Assembly: GCA_976551045.1 (NCBI GenBank)
Contig: CDPCPM010000104.1
Location: 1,488,001 to 1,552,000 of the forward strand
Length of the DNA: 64,000 nucleotides
Reading direction: 5' to 3'
From: Glaucostegus cemiculus
Taxonomy: Eukaryota
The position numbers were made by a program, and so were the translations under genes. Of the stretch, positions 12,741-23,089 are shown piece by piece. Under the pieces are notes generated by a model that worked only from the letters and a program-made list of their open reading frames with translations, was not told the DNA's origin and did not search any database. Within the stretch, counting starts at the first letter, position 1. Every line of letters begins with the position of its first letter.

Positions 12741-12837
12741 AATGCTTCAACAATTTGCTTAGAACCACAGCCCCTGTGATTATGATTTTCCCGAGTTGCT
12801 GCCTCCCTTTATATAAGGTATCTGCTGGAATATGTCA

Positions 12838-13150
12838 ATTTAGCTCAGTTGGAAGCAGATTTCCCTCTGATTTATAACCAACTCCAGATGCGAAGTACAA
12901 GATATAGCTCACCATACCATTGTACTAGCGAAAGAGGCCTGCAGTAAAAAAGTGGAAGAGAAAGCCCTGCATGATACTCAGGGTGGGTGTTCTAGTAGTG
13001 AATTGACCGACATTCCTCCCTAAAGCCCCAACTCACCACTTTGCTATTATGTGGTTTGTTTTGTGAAAATCAATTGCTTACTAACATAATGTTGACAACA
13101 CTTTCGAGTTACTAGTTACACATGAAGTGCTTTGCAACAGCTGAACAAAT
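12838..13150 (+). mobile_element. Very degraded DeuSINE (SacSINE1-like)
   Basis: tRNA-like start TAGCTCAGTTGG, then remnants of the DeuSINE 3' part (TTGCTATTATGTGG…ACAACACTTTCGAGTTAC…AAGTGCTTTG). Confidence 0.45.
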
Positions 13151-14099
13151 CAGCAGAGGCAGTCCCTTGATTGTAGCCTGCAATTTACACACATAAAATT
13201 TACTAAGAAGAGACAATTGGTCCACCTGATCCAAGTTCCTCGTGAGTTTTTTCCTACTCTGCTTCAGCTCACTCTATCAGCAGGTAACTAAGCACAATGC
13301 AATTAGTCAACAGCTCACACGTTTCCGTTATTCTTTATTTTTTTCAGATTAGGATTAGCTGGATTGTGTTCTCAATCCTGCTTCTATAGCAATTCACTAT
13401 TCTTTTCCACCACCTGACTAAGCTGCTGAAAGAAGATGTTTACTTATATTTAAGTATTTCACCAAGGTTACCTAATGAATTGCAGGTTCACCTATTTTGC
13501 AATAGGGCACTGATCTGTGCATATGGAATAGTGAGTAATTACAGTCCTTCTGTGTTCATGTTCTTGATAGTAAAGAGCTGTTGTCTTCTCACTGTCCCTT
13601 GTAGAGAATCACTGACCACAGCATCAGATGTGCTGACCACTACTCAAAGCTTCTCAAAAGTTACCCCAGAGTTCTAGGTGTAAATAATGGCAGCCATTTC
13701 TGAGTCAGCTAGCATGGATGTGAGGCATATTATAGCTTAAGAGCCAAAAGCTGTTTGGAATTAGCACTAAAAAGGGTAAAGCAACGCTTCCCTCCTGTGC
13801 CTATATCTGAATTTTTTTTTATTGCAGCCTATGAATCACTGGTTTCAGTGTAACAAGATGCCATTTGTCTCAAATCAGTCTGGACTACTGTTACTTGTTA
13901 ACTTTGTTGCCTCTGTGAGGCTGCAGGGGTGATTTAACTCTTTCACGGCCAACACAGCCTTGACAATGAACTGAAGGTCATCAAGGCCCCTGGGTTTAGG
14001 CAGAGATAAAGCCACAGAACTAATCATTTTGAAAGGCAGGCTACAATTATTGGGCCAAATCAAGGTGACTGACAGCAAGCAGGGAATTGCTGGTCATCG

Positions 14100-14304
14100 G
14101 CCCCTCGCAGTTTGGCTCAGTTCTTGGATTCTGTGCCTGCTCAGCTAAACCTGTGTCCCAGACGAGCTGAAGATCAGATGCCAGAACAGCTAACCTCCAG
14201 CTTTACCAGCAGCTCACAATGACTCCAGCGATGGAGCGCCCTTGTGCTGGAGAGAGGGACCGGATACACTGCGTGTCTGGTCCCTTCGCTTCATGCCTGG
14301 GATG
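14100..14304 (+). other. GC/CpG-retaining structured segment 1 (possible exon or intronic RNA-pairing element)
   Basis: Two adjacent hairpins (14223-14252; 13-bp stem 14255-14285); five colinear blocks complementary to 17664-17835; weak donor ATG|GTTGGT at 14304/14305. Confidence 0.55.
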
Positions 14305-14409
14305 GTTGGTATTCATTTGAATGAAGTTGCCAGTTCCATGCAAATATGTGACTGTAGCTAAGCAGTCAATGTTTTAAAATAATTTGTTCATATTAAATGG
14401 TGCTTTTAA

Positions 14410-14545
14410 TGGAGTCAAAGAGTGGTACCATACAGAAACAGACCCTCTGGCCCACCATGCCCATGCCAACCATTGTATTGATCTATACAAACCCCATTTT
14501 CCTGTATTTGGCCTGTAGCGTTCTATGCCTTGGCAATTCAGTATT
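14410..14545 (-). mobile_element. CR1 3' terminal fragment
   Basis: Minus strand …GGCATGGGCATGGTGGGCCAGAGGGTCTGTTTCTGTATGGTACCACTCTTTGACTC resembles the CR1/HER1 3' end. Confidence 0.75.
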
Positions 14546-14640
14546 TTAAAAGTCAATTATGTATGTCTATTGTAATAGTTATTAAATGCCTTTACTATCA
14601 CTGTCATATTCAAAGAATTCAAATGTCTTTGAGAGGGGTG

Positions 14641-14941
14641 AGCTATCAGTAGCTGTCAGGATGGAGCCTTATCAGTACACTGCCTGAAGCGCAATCGCTA
14701 CTTTGAGCCTACTCAGCCTCGCAGTATGCTTCCTGGGTTTGGGGGTTAGGATCATCTTGTTCAGTCTTCCACATCTGGAAATAGTAAGCGTGGGCACTTG
14801 GGCACCACGGGCGGCAAGGCTGGGCATCAGGCCGAGTCCAGTACAATCTGGCCCAGATAAATATTTGTCCTGTCAGGAGCACTGCCTCCTCATTGTAAAG
14901 TAAGACCCATCCCCTTGGTGGGGGCTGAGTTGCACAATGAG
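14641..14941 (+). other. GC/CpG-retaining structured segment 2
   Basis: Several local hairpins; 12-nt and 10-nt perfect blocks complementary to 17624-17635 and 17671-17680; partial direct similarity to segment 1. Confidence 0.55.
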
Positions 14942-15407
14942 AAAGAGTTCCAGTTCCAGTTCCAGTCCCAGTATTGTTCCAAATGCAATTTTGTTTTTTG
15001 CTCTGCCCTAATTCTGTAAGATGTGTGATAATTCCAGCCAGATATTGTTCAGGGAAAGATTGAAAAATTCTTTACGTTTGACAACACATTCTTCCACATA
15101 TTGCCAAAGCTAATAATACTGCAACAATTCCTTTCATTTACTGAGAAGAACCGGATCTTGTTGCCAATGGCGAACAAACTGATGACATTCAGGCTGAGCA
15201 GGGAAAGCTATAATTTGTTGGTCCATACAAAGAATGCAATAGGCCCCCAAACCTTGTTCTATATACAGTTACGATATTGATTCATCAAACAATTGCAAGA
15301 TAAGGAATGAAGAGTCCATTTATCGGATTATGTAAAATGAATGGACAGTGTTTGGAGGTAGGGGTGGGGTTGATATGATCAAATTGGATTTGAATGTGGT
15401 TATTGCG

Positions 15408-15730
15408 TGCACACAGTCTTTTTCCCAGGGAAAGAGAACCAAAAACTTGAGGGTATAGGTTTAGTGTGAGAGGGGAAAGATTTAATAGAGACCTGAGGGG
15501 CAACTTCTTCATGCATTGGGTGGTGTGTATATTGAATGAGTGGCCAGAGAAAGGAGTTGAGGCAGGTACAATTATAACATTTAAAAGACATTTGGATAAG
15601 TACATGGATAGGAAAGGATTAGAGAGATATGGGCCAAATGCGGGACTATGGGTCAAGCTTATATGGGCACCTTAGTTTGATTGACAAAGACCCGTTTCTG
15701 TGCTGTATTATTCTATGACTCCATGACTCT
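15408..15730 (+). mobile_element. CR1/HER1 LINE 3' fragment
   Basis: RGERFNRDLRGNFFMHWVVCILNEWPEKGVEAGTIITFKRHLDKYMDRKGLERYG, then 3' end TTTCTGTGCTGTATTATTCTATGACTC. Confidence 0.9.
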
Positions 15731-16379
15731 GTTGAGGGGAAAAGGGTTAGGAATATAAATGGGAGTTTAATGGGCAATAACAACAGCAAGACATTTGCAC
15801 TGAACCACTTGCACTAGAAAAATGCACATAATATAGTGGTTCATAGAACTTTAGTAAGGGAGTAAAACTTCCTTTAAAAACTCCTTTAGTGAGGAGTCCA
15901 AGGATAACTTTCAAACCTCTAGAAACTGGATTTGAGGTTGCAAATTCCGACACCTGAAAACTATGGTTTCAGATCAGTCCTTGTATCCACATTCTCTTCC
16001 TACCTTCTATTCCCTGTCATCTTTAAAAGGAAAGCAAAATGGTGACCACTTGTCATTTTTGTTGGTGTTATGTGGTGCCCTGGTTTTTCTCCAATTTCCA
16101 AGCCCTAGCTGCACTCCAGAGTTTTGCAGGTGCGTGTTTCTTTAATGAAAGGCTTTAAAAGTGTTGGAATAGTAACAGTGGAACTGCTGTTTCTAGCTGC
16201 CAGTCTGTTTTTCATTAACAACCCAACAAATCAAATTCCTCTCCACCAGCACCCAAGGCTGGATCTCAACTATCATGCAGCAATAATTATGTGCTGGGCG
16301 GGAATCCATTCAAAAAATTACAAGACACACTGTGTGACAAGCATGTAACTGAATAAGCTTTCAATCTTTTCTTTTGCAG

Positions 16380-16442
16380 GAGGGAGTCACTTGGTTTCTA
16401 TTTAGGACAAAAGGGAAACTATAGGTTATTAAGGTTGTAAGG
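16380..16442 (+). other. Candidate non-coding 63-nt exon
   Basis: Acceptor TCTTTTCTTTTGCAG and donor AGG|GTGAGT; all three frames contain stops. Supported by splice signals only. Confidence 0.3.
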
Positions 16443-17616
16443 GTGAGTAGCTGTGCGAAATAGAGAACCCCCTAGGTAGAACACAGGGCACGATAACTAG
16501 AAACAGATCAGGGAGGAGGCCTAGGAACTGATTGGGATGGATTTTAAGCTGTACTACTGTACGGTAAAACTGCACTTCAGCCACTTATTCTGATTGGTCC
16601 CAGTAACACATTGACTTTTATTTTCCCCCAACTGCTGTAACAAAATATTAAAAAAAGTGACTTCCATATTTTGAATAAAATGGTTCTGAAGTGAATTTTC
16701 TTTCGGCTGTACTTGAGTTACTTATAGCACATGAGCATAAATCCAGCATGGTATCAGGTGTTGTTTTGGGGGAATGAGGGGGTCTCAGGCAGCTACCACT
16801 AGATGTGCACATGAGGAACATTCTGAGTGAATGGCAAAGGCTCTCAGTGTGGGACACCAGATATTTATGGGTGCATGTTGAGAGAAACATTTTATTCTCA
16901 GGAGGTGGTTGGCGTACTTTGAAAGAGTTTACTGCATTTTGACAATTTAAGGCTTTTGTAAGAATTGATAACAACTCACATCCTTGAAACTAAAACCTTT
17001 ATTTGTTTAGCTTTCATAAAAAAAACACTCTCGCTGTAAAGTGAAACAGGATAATGCATCTGGTGAGGAAGTAACTTGCTGACAAGTAGCAAGATTAGGG
17101 ATCCCTCATTATTTTGAGGAACTTTGCGCCTGTCCTGGGACAGGAACATGGATTATGAGCAGTGGTGATTAGTTGATGCTGTTCAGGAAATTCCAGCAGT
17201 CCGATGGGCTGTTAGCACACAGCCTACTGATTCATATGTCATCTGCTAGCTATAAACTCCAAATTTGCTGTAAACCCATTATTTAAACACACTTGAAATA
17301 AGACATTGAAGAAGTTAATTAGCTGGGTAATTAGAAACCAACCACACTATTAGGAACACATTCCATTTGTGATACTGGTGCATGCACATCGGAGAAACAA
17401 AAAATGCATTTCAGCATTTAAGAAAGGGTTGGAAGTGCTGGCGAACCACAGCTCTGCAAAACCACTTTCTGCTTCAGTTTGTGAATAGGTTACCTTTCAA
17501 CACACTTAAAACAAGGATGATTTAATAGATTGCTTTGTCCTTAATGAAAAATGCCCCCAGCCTCAACCCAAACAAAGCATCTAATGTGCGGTTGGCTTTT
17601 TTTTCCCTTTGGCAAG

Positions 17617-17829
17617 GCAGCTCTGTACTGATAAGACCGTTGCCTGCTATTCTCCAAGGACTGGAGCTGCTGGAAGACTGCAACGGACCTCATCCCCTGT
17701 TACTTCTGATGCGGGTGATCTTCCGACTCCACGGCGCCAACCACAACATGTTACCCACCGTGAGAGAGCAGGACGCAGGCACTGGTAGTCAGGAGTTATC
17801 GTCTATCATACTGATTGACGAAACCAAGA
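17617..17829 (+). other. Candidate spliced exon (213 nt from the AAG acceptor or 209 nt from the CAG acceptor), host gene unidentified
   Basis: Branch-point-like CTAAT (17581), pyrimidine tract 17596-17610, tandem AGs ending 17616 and 17620, donor AGA|GTGAGT (17830). GC and CpG are elevated versus the flanks. One frame is open throughout (SSVLIRPLPAILQGLELLEDC…MLPTVREQDAGTGSQELSSIILIDETK); I do not recognise the peptide. Confidence 0.6.
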
Positions 17830-19429
17830 GTGAGTAGAAAAAATAAACATGAACAGAGACTGCAGTGTTTAGGGTAGTCAGCTGGGAGTTTCAGTATTTG
17901 GCCTTAGTGATCCCAGTCTCATGGTGGGTTATCTTTCCCTTCTGCTATCATTTATCATAACTCTAAGGCCAGGGAGAAACAAAACTTGGAACATTCTATT
18001 GGTTACATTCATTATGCTTTCTCCTTCCCCTAACCCTTCTTCCTGTTAACAACACCCCATCACTTTCCACCCCCACCCCCTCATGCTCACAAAAGTTCCA
18101 TCCCTTCACATCCCAATCCCTGAAGCGCAATGAAATCCAACACCAGAGCATGCTCCTATTCAAGTAATTAACCTATGTTATTTTATTGGTTCAGAAATTT
18201 ACGCACTTTCATGTTAGCACAGACAAACTGGGTTAAATATTTAACCAACACACTGGCTGAACTATATTAAAATAAATTGCTTTTTGATAGCACATTGCTT
18301 CTTCCCCTGTTCTTATCTATCTTTACCAGAGATATTGACTGCTGAATTTGTTTAAAATTTAGAAGATTCAAAGTTCATTTCTAGGGATGGTCGTGGTGTC
18401 TGTTGGCAAAGCATGTTAAATAGTGCAGATATTAAACAATGCTTATACTTGAGCCATTGTATACTCAGATATTGCTCGCTCTCTTTATGTTGTTTCTACC
18501 CAGAGTGTACTCAGGTACTCCCACTCGCTTCAGCCACTTGTACACACAGGACCTGGGTTATAGATTGATCGCCTGTGTTGCCTGCGCCAAGAGGGTATTC
18601 AGTGTGGCTCATTCACTCAGTCACATACCCGGAAGGTGCTTAGATATGGCTGACTTAACTTCAATTATTTTTACCCAGACCGGTCTCAGGTATGGCTTAC
18701 TCACTTCAACTACAAGCAGCCAGCAGGAACTCAAACCCAACTTATTGACATCTCTGGAATGTCAAGGGGACCCAGGGATGGTTTACCTGCTTCAGGCAGC
18801 ATGTGTGCAGGGAGATCATAATGCTGTCTGTTTTAGTCGGTGTCAAGAATGGGTACAGAATGAGCCCACATTAGTTGTCTATATTAGTGATATCCTGATG
18901 TATGTTCTTTCCTTCAGATAGGTTTAAAAGGAATGGTTTTTAATACAGCTTGTTCATTTACCACAGGATACGGGAAAGCCATACACAACATAGTTACTTG
19001 TAAATAGAAGTAGGGACTCTGCTCAGGCATAATTTTATAGTTCAATGCACCTATATCCAAACGATCTTTGGATGCATGGTTCCTATACAAGGGAGCCTTT
19101 ACTTATAGATCAAAGCTTGCTGAATTCAATATTACTGCACATTTTGTCTGCTCAAGTCAGAGTGGAGATATTTGCATCACTTAAATAAAGTGGCAAATAG
19201 ATTTGGCACGGGCTCAACTTTCATTCCCAAAATAGATAAAAAGTGGTCTAACACTGCACCTCTAACACTAGGTGTAATGAACGCTGACTTTAAAACCAAG
19301 CAAAACTTTCTGCCTGCACCAGGGTTGAAAGTAGCTTAATTTTTTTATCAGAACAGTTGTGTAAATTTCTTACTTGTACAGTTATATCTCAAACATTGCT
19401 TTGACCACTTTCTTACCAGTACGCTTACT

Positions 19430-19760
19430 TTTGGCTCTTGGTCTTATCACAGAAAAACATCTTAAGGTGATTCACAGGAGTGTTAACAAAAAAAATGACG
19501 CCAATCCACAAAAGGAAATAGCAAGGGAGATAACGAAAGGCATGATAACAAGAGGAGTATTTAGAGGAGAAAAATAGGACAGAGGTGGAGGGTTTAAGAA
19601 ATGCATTTCAGAGCTCAGGCCCTGCCAAATGAAGGAGAGTGGTCAATTAATTCAGGAATAACCAAGCTCAGTCTTGGAGGAGTGCAGGTGGAAACTAGCC
19701 GTGGAAATAGAGAGCTGAAGCTAAGGGGGAATTGGAAAACTAGGATGAGAATGCAAGTGA
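19430..19760 (-). mobile_element. Degraded L2 LINE 3' fragment
   Basis: GAGGTGGAGGGTTTAAGAAATGCATTTCAGAGCTCAGGCCC is an inverted counterpart of the L2 ends at 22.6 and 28.4 kb. Confidence 0.55.
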
Positions 19761-19794
19761 GTAAGCAGGGTTATACACTACTGAGGAAAGAAGG

Positions 19795-20110
19795 AAAGAT
19801 TTCCGTATACATAGTGCCTTTCACAACTGTAAAATGTCCCAAACTGCTTTACAGCAAATAAATTATCTTCTATGTCTAATTTCTCTGCAATGTAACAGGC
19901 ACATCAGTAAATTTGTTCTCAGCAAGGTCCCTGAAACAAAAATGTGATAATGATTCAGATACTCTGTAGGTAATGTTGGTTGAAGGATAAAAATTCAACA
20001 GGTCACTGAAGAGGATTCCATTTCTTCTTCAAAATAGCTTCATTTGATCTTTCGTGTCAGCCTGAGAAGGTTGACAGCATTTAGCATCTCATTCCAAAGA
20101 TGGCACCTCA
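19795..20110 (-). mobile_element. DeuSINE (SacSINE1-like)
   Basis: Minus strand GAGGTGCCATCTTTGGAATGAGATGCTAAA…CTATTTTGAAGAAGAA…TTTATCCTTCAACCAACATTAC…GCTGTAAAGCAGTTTGGGACA…GTGAAAGGCACTATG matches the Deu-domain and L2-like tail. Confidence 0.8.
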
Positions 20111-21462
20111 GAGACAAGTATGTTACATGGCTGAGACTAAATGTGTACATTAATAAGTTCAATAAAAAAGCATTTAGAAAGAAAAAGAAAGTTAATAACA
20201 GCTGTTATTGTGTCTCTAGGGAGCCTCTTTCTTCTGTTATATTCCACTATTGGCTCATAACTAGAGTATAGAAAGATAAACCAGCATTCTGGCATATATT
20301 GCAGACACTCACCCCTGCAGGAAGGAGTCCTGCACCTGTGTTTGCATGTGTAGGCAGTGCTCTATTCTCTTGGCAGTCATTTATTAACAGTAGAAGTACA
20401 TGAGCAGGGCTGCCATATTCTCATAGCATTCAAACAACTCTGTTGTAACTTTATAGAGCAAACTGGAGGCCCATCATTGGTTGCACATTTTCTCTTTAAA
20501 TCACAACTTCATAATGCTGTAAACACATGCCAAACAAACTGGTTTCCTTGAGGCGATCTCAAACTGTTTGTTTTCAAATGAATGAATATCAAAGAAGATG
20601 TTTCGAGAGGCATTGACAAATATGAAGCATTTCTGTGATGAGGGAAAGGAGATGTCACTCTGCTTCAGAGTGATCCTAATACAGTGTATAAATGAAGCTG
20701 TACAAAATGGGAAAAGCTTACCCAATGTAAAAGGGCCTGATCAGATGCCAGCCATAAAGGTGTCTTCCAAAATGAGGTCCGTTCCATTGCTGATGCTGAA
20801 TGTAGATGTCAGTGGAAGCAGTGGCAACTAAGAAATCAAGGTTCTTCACTTAGTGTATCTAAGGTGCATTGATTAGCCTGCGGCAACTAAACCCAAACCA
20901 AAAATGAAATCAATTACCAAAAAATTTAGAGCAAAAAAACTGAGATGGTAACTATTCTCCTGGCATATTTGATGGTGAAAAGTGAGTGATAATATTTTCA
21001 AATTAAGTTACATACTAAGGGGAATTATATGCTTAAGTGTAAAAATAATGTTTAGATCCAGGACACTTCTCTCAAGGAAGATATCTGTAGTTGACAAGCA
21101 TTACAGATAAGTGCTTCAGTCAAGTATGTAAATTTCACATGAGTGGAAGAACTTCAGTAATACATCATCCCGAGGGTAATGCTCTATTTGCTCTAACAGT
21201 CCAGTTGAGGCATGTGCTGTATTACAGGACAGTGATACTGAATAACAACAGCATGTGTCTCATTTCAATAAGGATAAGTGTCCTGATTAAGGATGGAATC
21301 TCAGCCATATTCTCAGTGTTTGGCACAATAATGGCAAATGATTTTACTTTGGAAAGGAATTAATACATAAATATTTCAAACAATATCAAAAATCCAGCAT
21401 GTTACATTCCTCATGAGGCCTCAGACTCAAAATGCAACCTGTGATGGCTAATTGGGTTTAGA

Positions 21463-21765
21463 AGATAAAAGATATTTATTTATTAGTTACATGTACATTG
21501 AAACACACAGTGAAATGTGTCTTTTTGCGCTACTGAGAATGTGCTGGGGGCAGCCGTAAGTGTCGCTACTCTTCCGGCACCAACATAGCATGCCTACAGC
21601 TCCTAACCTGTACGTCTCTGGAATGTGGGAGGAAACTGGAGCACCCGGAGGAAACCCAAGTAGACGTGGGGAGAATATGCAAACTCCTTACAGTTAGCGA
21701 TGGAACTGAACCCGGGTCACCAGCGCTGTAATAGTGTTACGCTAACCACTACACTACCGTGCCGC
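21463..21765 (-). mobile_element. V-SINE, Rex/Babar-like-tail subfamily
   Basis: Full-length inverted relative of the 12433 copy (head GCGGCACGGTAGTGTAGTGGTTAGC, V-core, tail TTTCACTGTGTGTTTCAATGTACATGTAACTAATAAA). Confidence 0.92.
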
Positions 21766-21914
21766 TTGACTATGAGGGCAAGAGGCTTGAAGGAGCTGCA
21801 TGTGGTTGCTTAGGGTCCAAGACGGGAAGCAAGTGCTTGCTGTCCTTCACTGGCTTCCACTCTGGCAACATTCACTTCTAAAATCTTCATCTATGGTTTC
21901 AACTAACCATTGTA

Positions 21915-22020
21915 GTAACAAACAATCTGCTGGAGGAACTCAGCGAGTTGGGCAGCATCTGTGGGGGGGGGAAGGAATTGTCGATGTTTCAGGTCAAAAC
22001 CCTGCATTAGGACTCATTGT
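21915..22020 (-). mobile_element. Short Penelope-like fragment with decayed hammerhead
   Basis: CTGCTGGAGGAACTCAGCGAGTTGGGCAGCATCTGTG…GATGTTTCAGGTCAAAACCCTGCATTAGGAC. Confidence 0.75.
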
Positions 22021-22069
22021 AGTAAGCTCTTCCAGCACACCGATATTTCTAAGAATTAGAACATTGTTC

Positions 22070-22460
22070 GAGCACAGGAGGAGGCCATGTGGACCCTTAA
22101 GTTATTCTGGTTTCTAGAAAGCAATCCAGTCAGTCCCATTCCCCTACTCTTTCTCATTACCCTGTAAACTCTTTTCCCTCGGAAGCCTATCTAATGAGCT
22201 CCTGAAAAGCCTGACTGATTCTATTTTCACCACCATTGCAGGCAGTAAGTTCCAAATCATATTTGCTGTTTGTGTAAAAATAGCTTTTCTTCAAATCTTT
22301 TCTCAAAATATTAAGTCTGCCTATCCCCTCCGAGTCCTGGAACCATTCATGAACAGGAACAGCTCCTCTCTACTTAACCTATCTAACCTAATCATGGACT
22401 TGTACACATCTATCAAATTTCCTCTCAACCATTTTTGCTCTAAGGAGAAAAATCTTTTTT
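22070..22460 (-). mobile_element. Old CR1 3' fragment
   Basis: GCACAGGAGGAGGCCATGTGGACCC start and TTCACCACCATTGCAGGCAGTAAGTTCCAAATC are typical of inverted CR1 ends. Confidence 0.65.
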
Positions 22461-22589
22461 ATTGCTTGAATTCAAATTCCCAAACTGCTGTGGTGGGATT
22501 AGAATTCATGATTCTTATTCATTTTCCAGGCCTCTTGATGCTAAGCCAGTAACCTAACCACTATGCTACCAAACCACAGATCTCTATTC

Positions 22590-22870
22590 TCCGATTCTGG
22601 CCCCTTGTGCTTCCCTCATTTGCATCACTCCACCATTGGCAGTCACACCTTCCACTGCCTGAAGCCTTAATTTTGGAAATTCCATCTCTAAACCCTTCAT
22701 CTCTACTAGAGTCTCCTCCTTTAAGATGCTCTTTGAAACCAACATCATTGATCAGGCGTTTTGGTTACCATTTGCAATACTCCCTTATGTTGATTGGTTT
22801 CAATTCCTGTAAAGCACTTTGGGATACTTTACTGCATTAAAGATACTATGTAAATGTTGGTTATTGTTGC
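22590..22870 (+). mobile_element. L2 LINE 3' end
   Basis: CTCCACCATTGGCAGTCACACCTTC…TGGAAATTCC…CTCCTTTAAGATGCTC…CCTGTAAAGCACTTTGGGA…ATGTAAATG followed by a (TTG)n-like tail. Confidence 0.8.
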
Positions 22871-23089
22871 TATTGATGCTGATTAAATTGTATAAAGTTA
22901 TACTTAATAAGGCTGCCAATCCTCCATGAAAATGTAATAAATCTAGCACATTATAAAAATATTCTCATGAGATTATCAGTAACCCTAATAGATTTATTAT
23001 TTCACATTTATTGCCTTCCGTCGTGCCAACCCCATTTCTTTACTTTTAAGGTGTAATTGCAAGGGGCTTCCTTAATTTATAGCCAGGTT

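Larger units (their letters stand above)
10150..12810 (-). mobile_element. Old CR1 LINE, interrupted by three younger insertions
   Basis: Minus strand: 3' UTR at about 10150, ORF2 remnants (RVDVEKMFLLVGKSR; LELCVEYRSLYLRMDANALESVQRRFT) and RT-region remnants up to about 12.8 kb. The CR1 sequence resumes after each insertion. Confidence 0.85.

Noticed and set aside
13716-13725. GGATGTGAGG, identical to the 5' end of 7SK RNA
   Set aside because: Similarity does not continue beyond 10 nt.
14113-14146. TGGCTCAGTTC resembling the start of miR-24-3p
   Set aside because: The match stops after 11 nt, and the arm order and hairpin are wrong for mir-24.
18439-18921. 160-aa + strand ORF with a hydrophobic N-terminus
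   Set aside because: No recognisable family, no convincing splice context and no other coding support; not called as a CDS.
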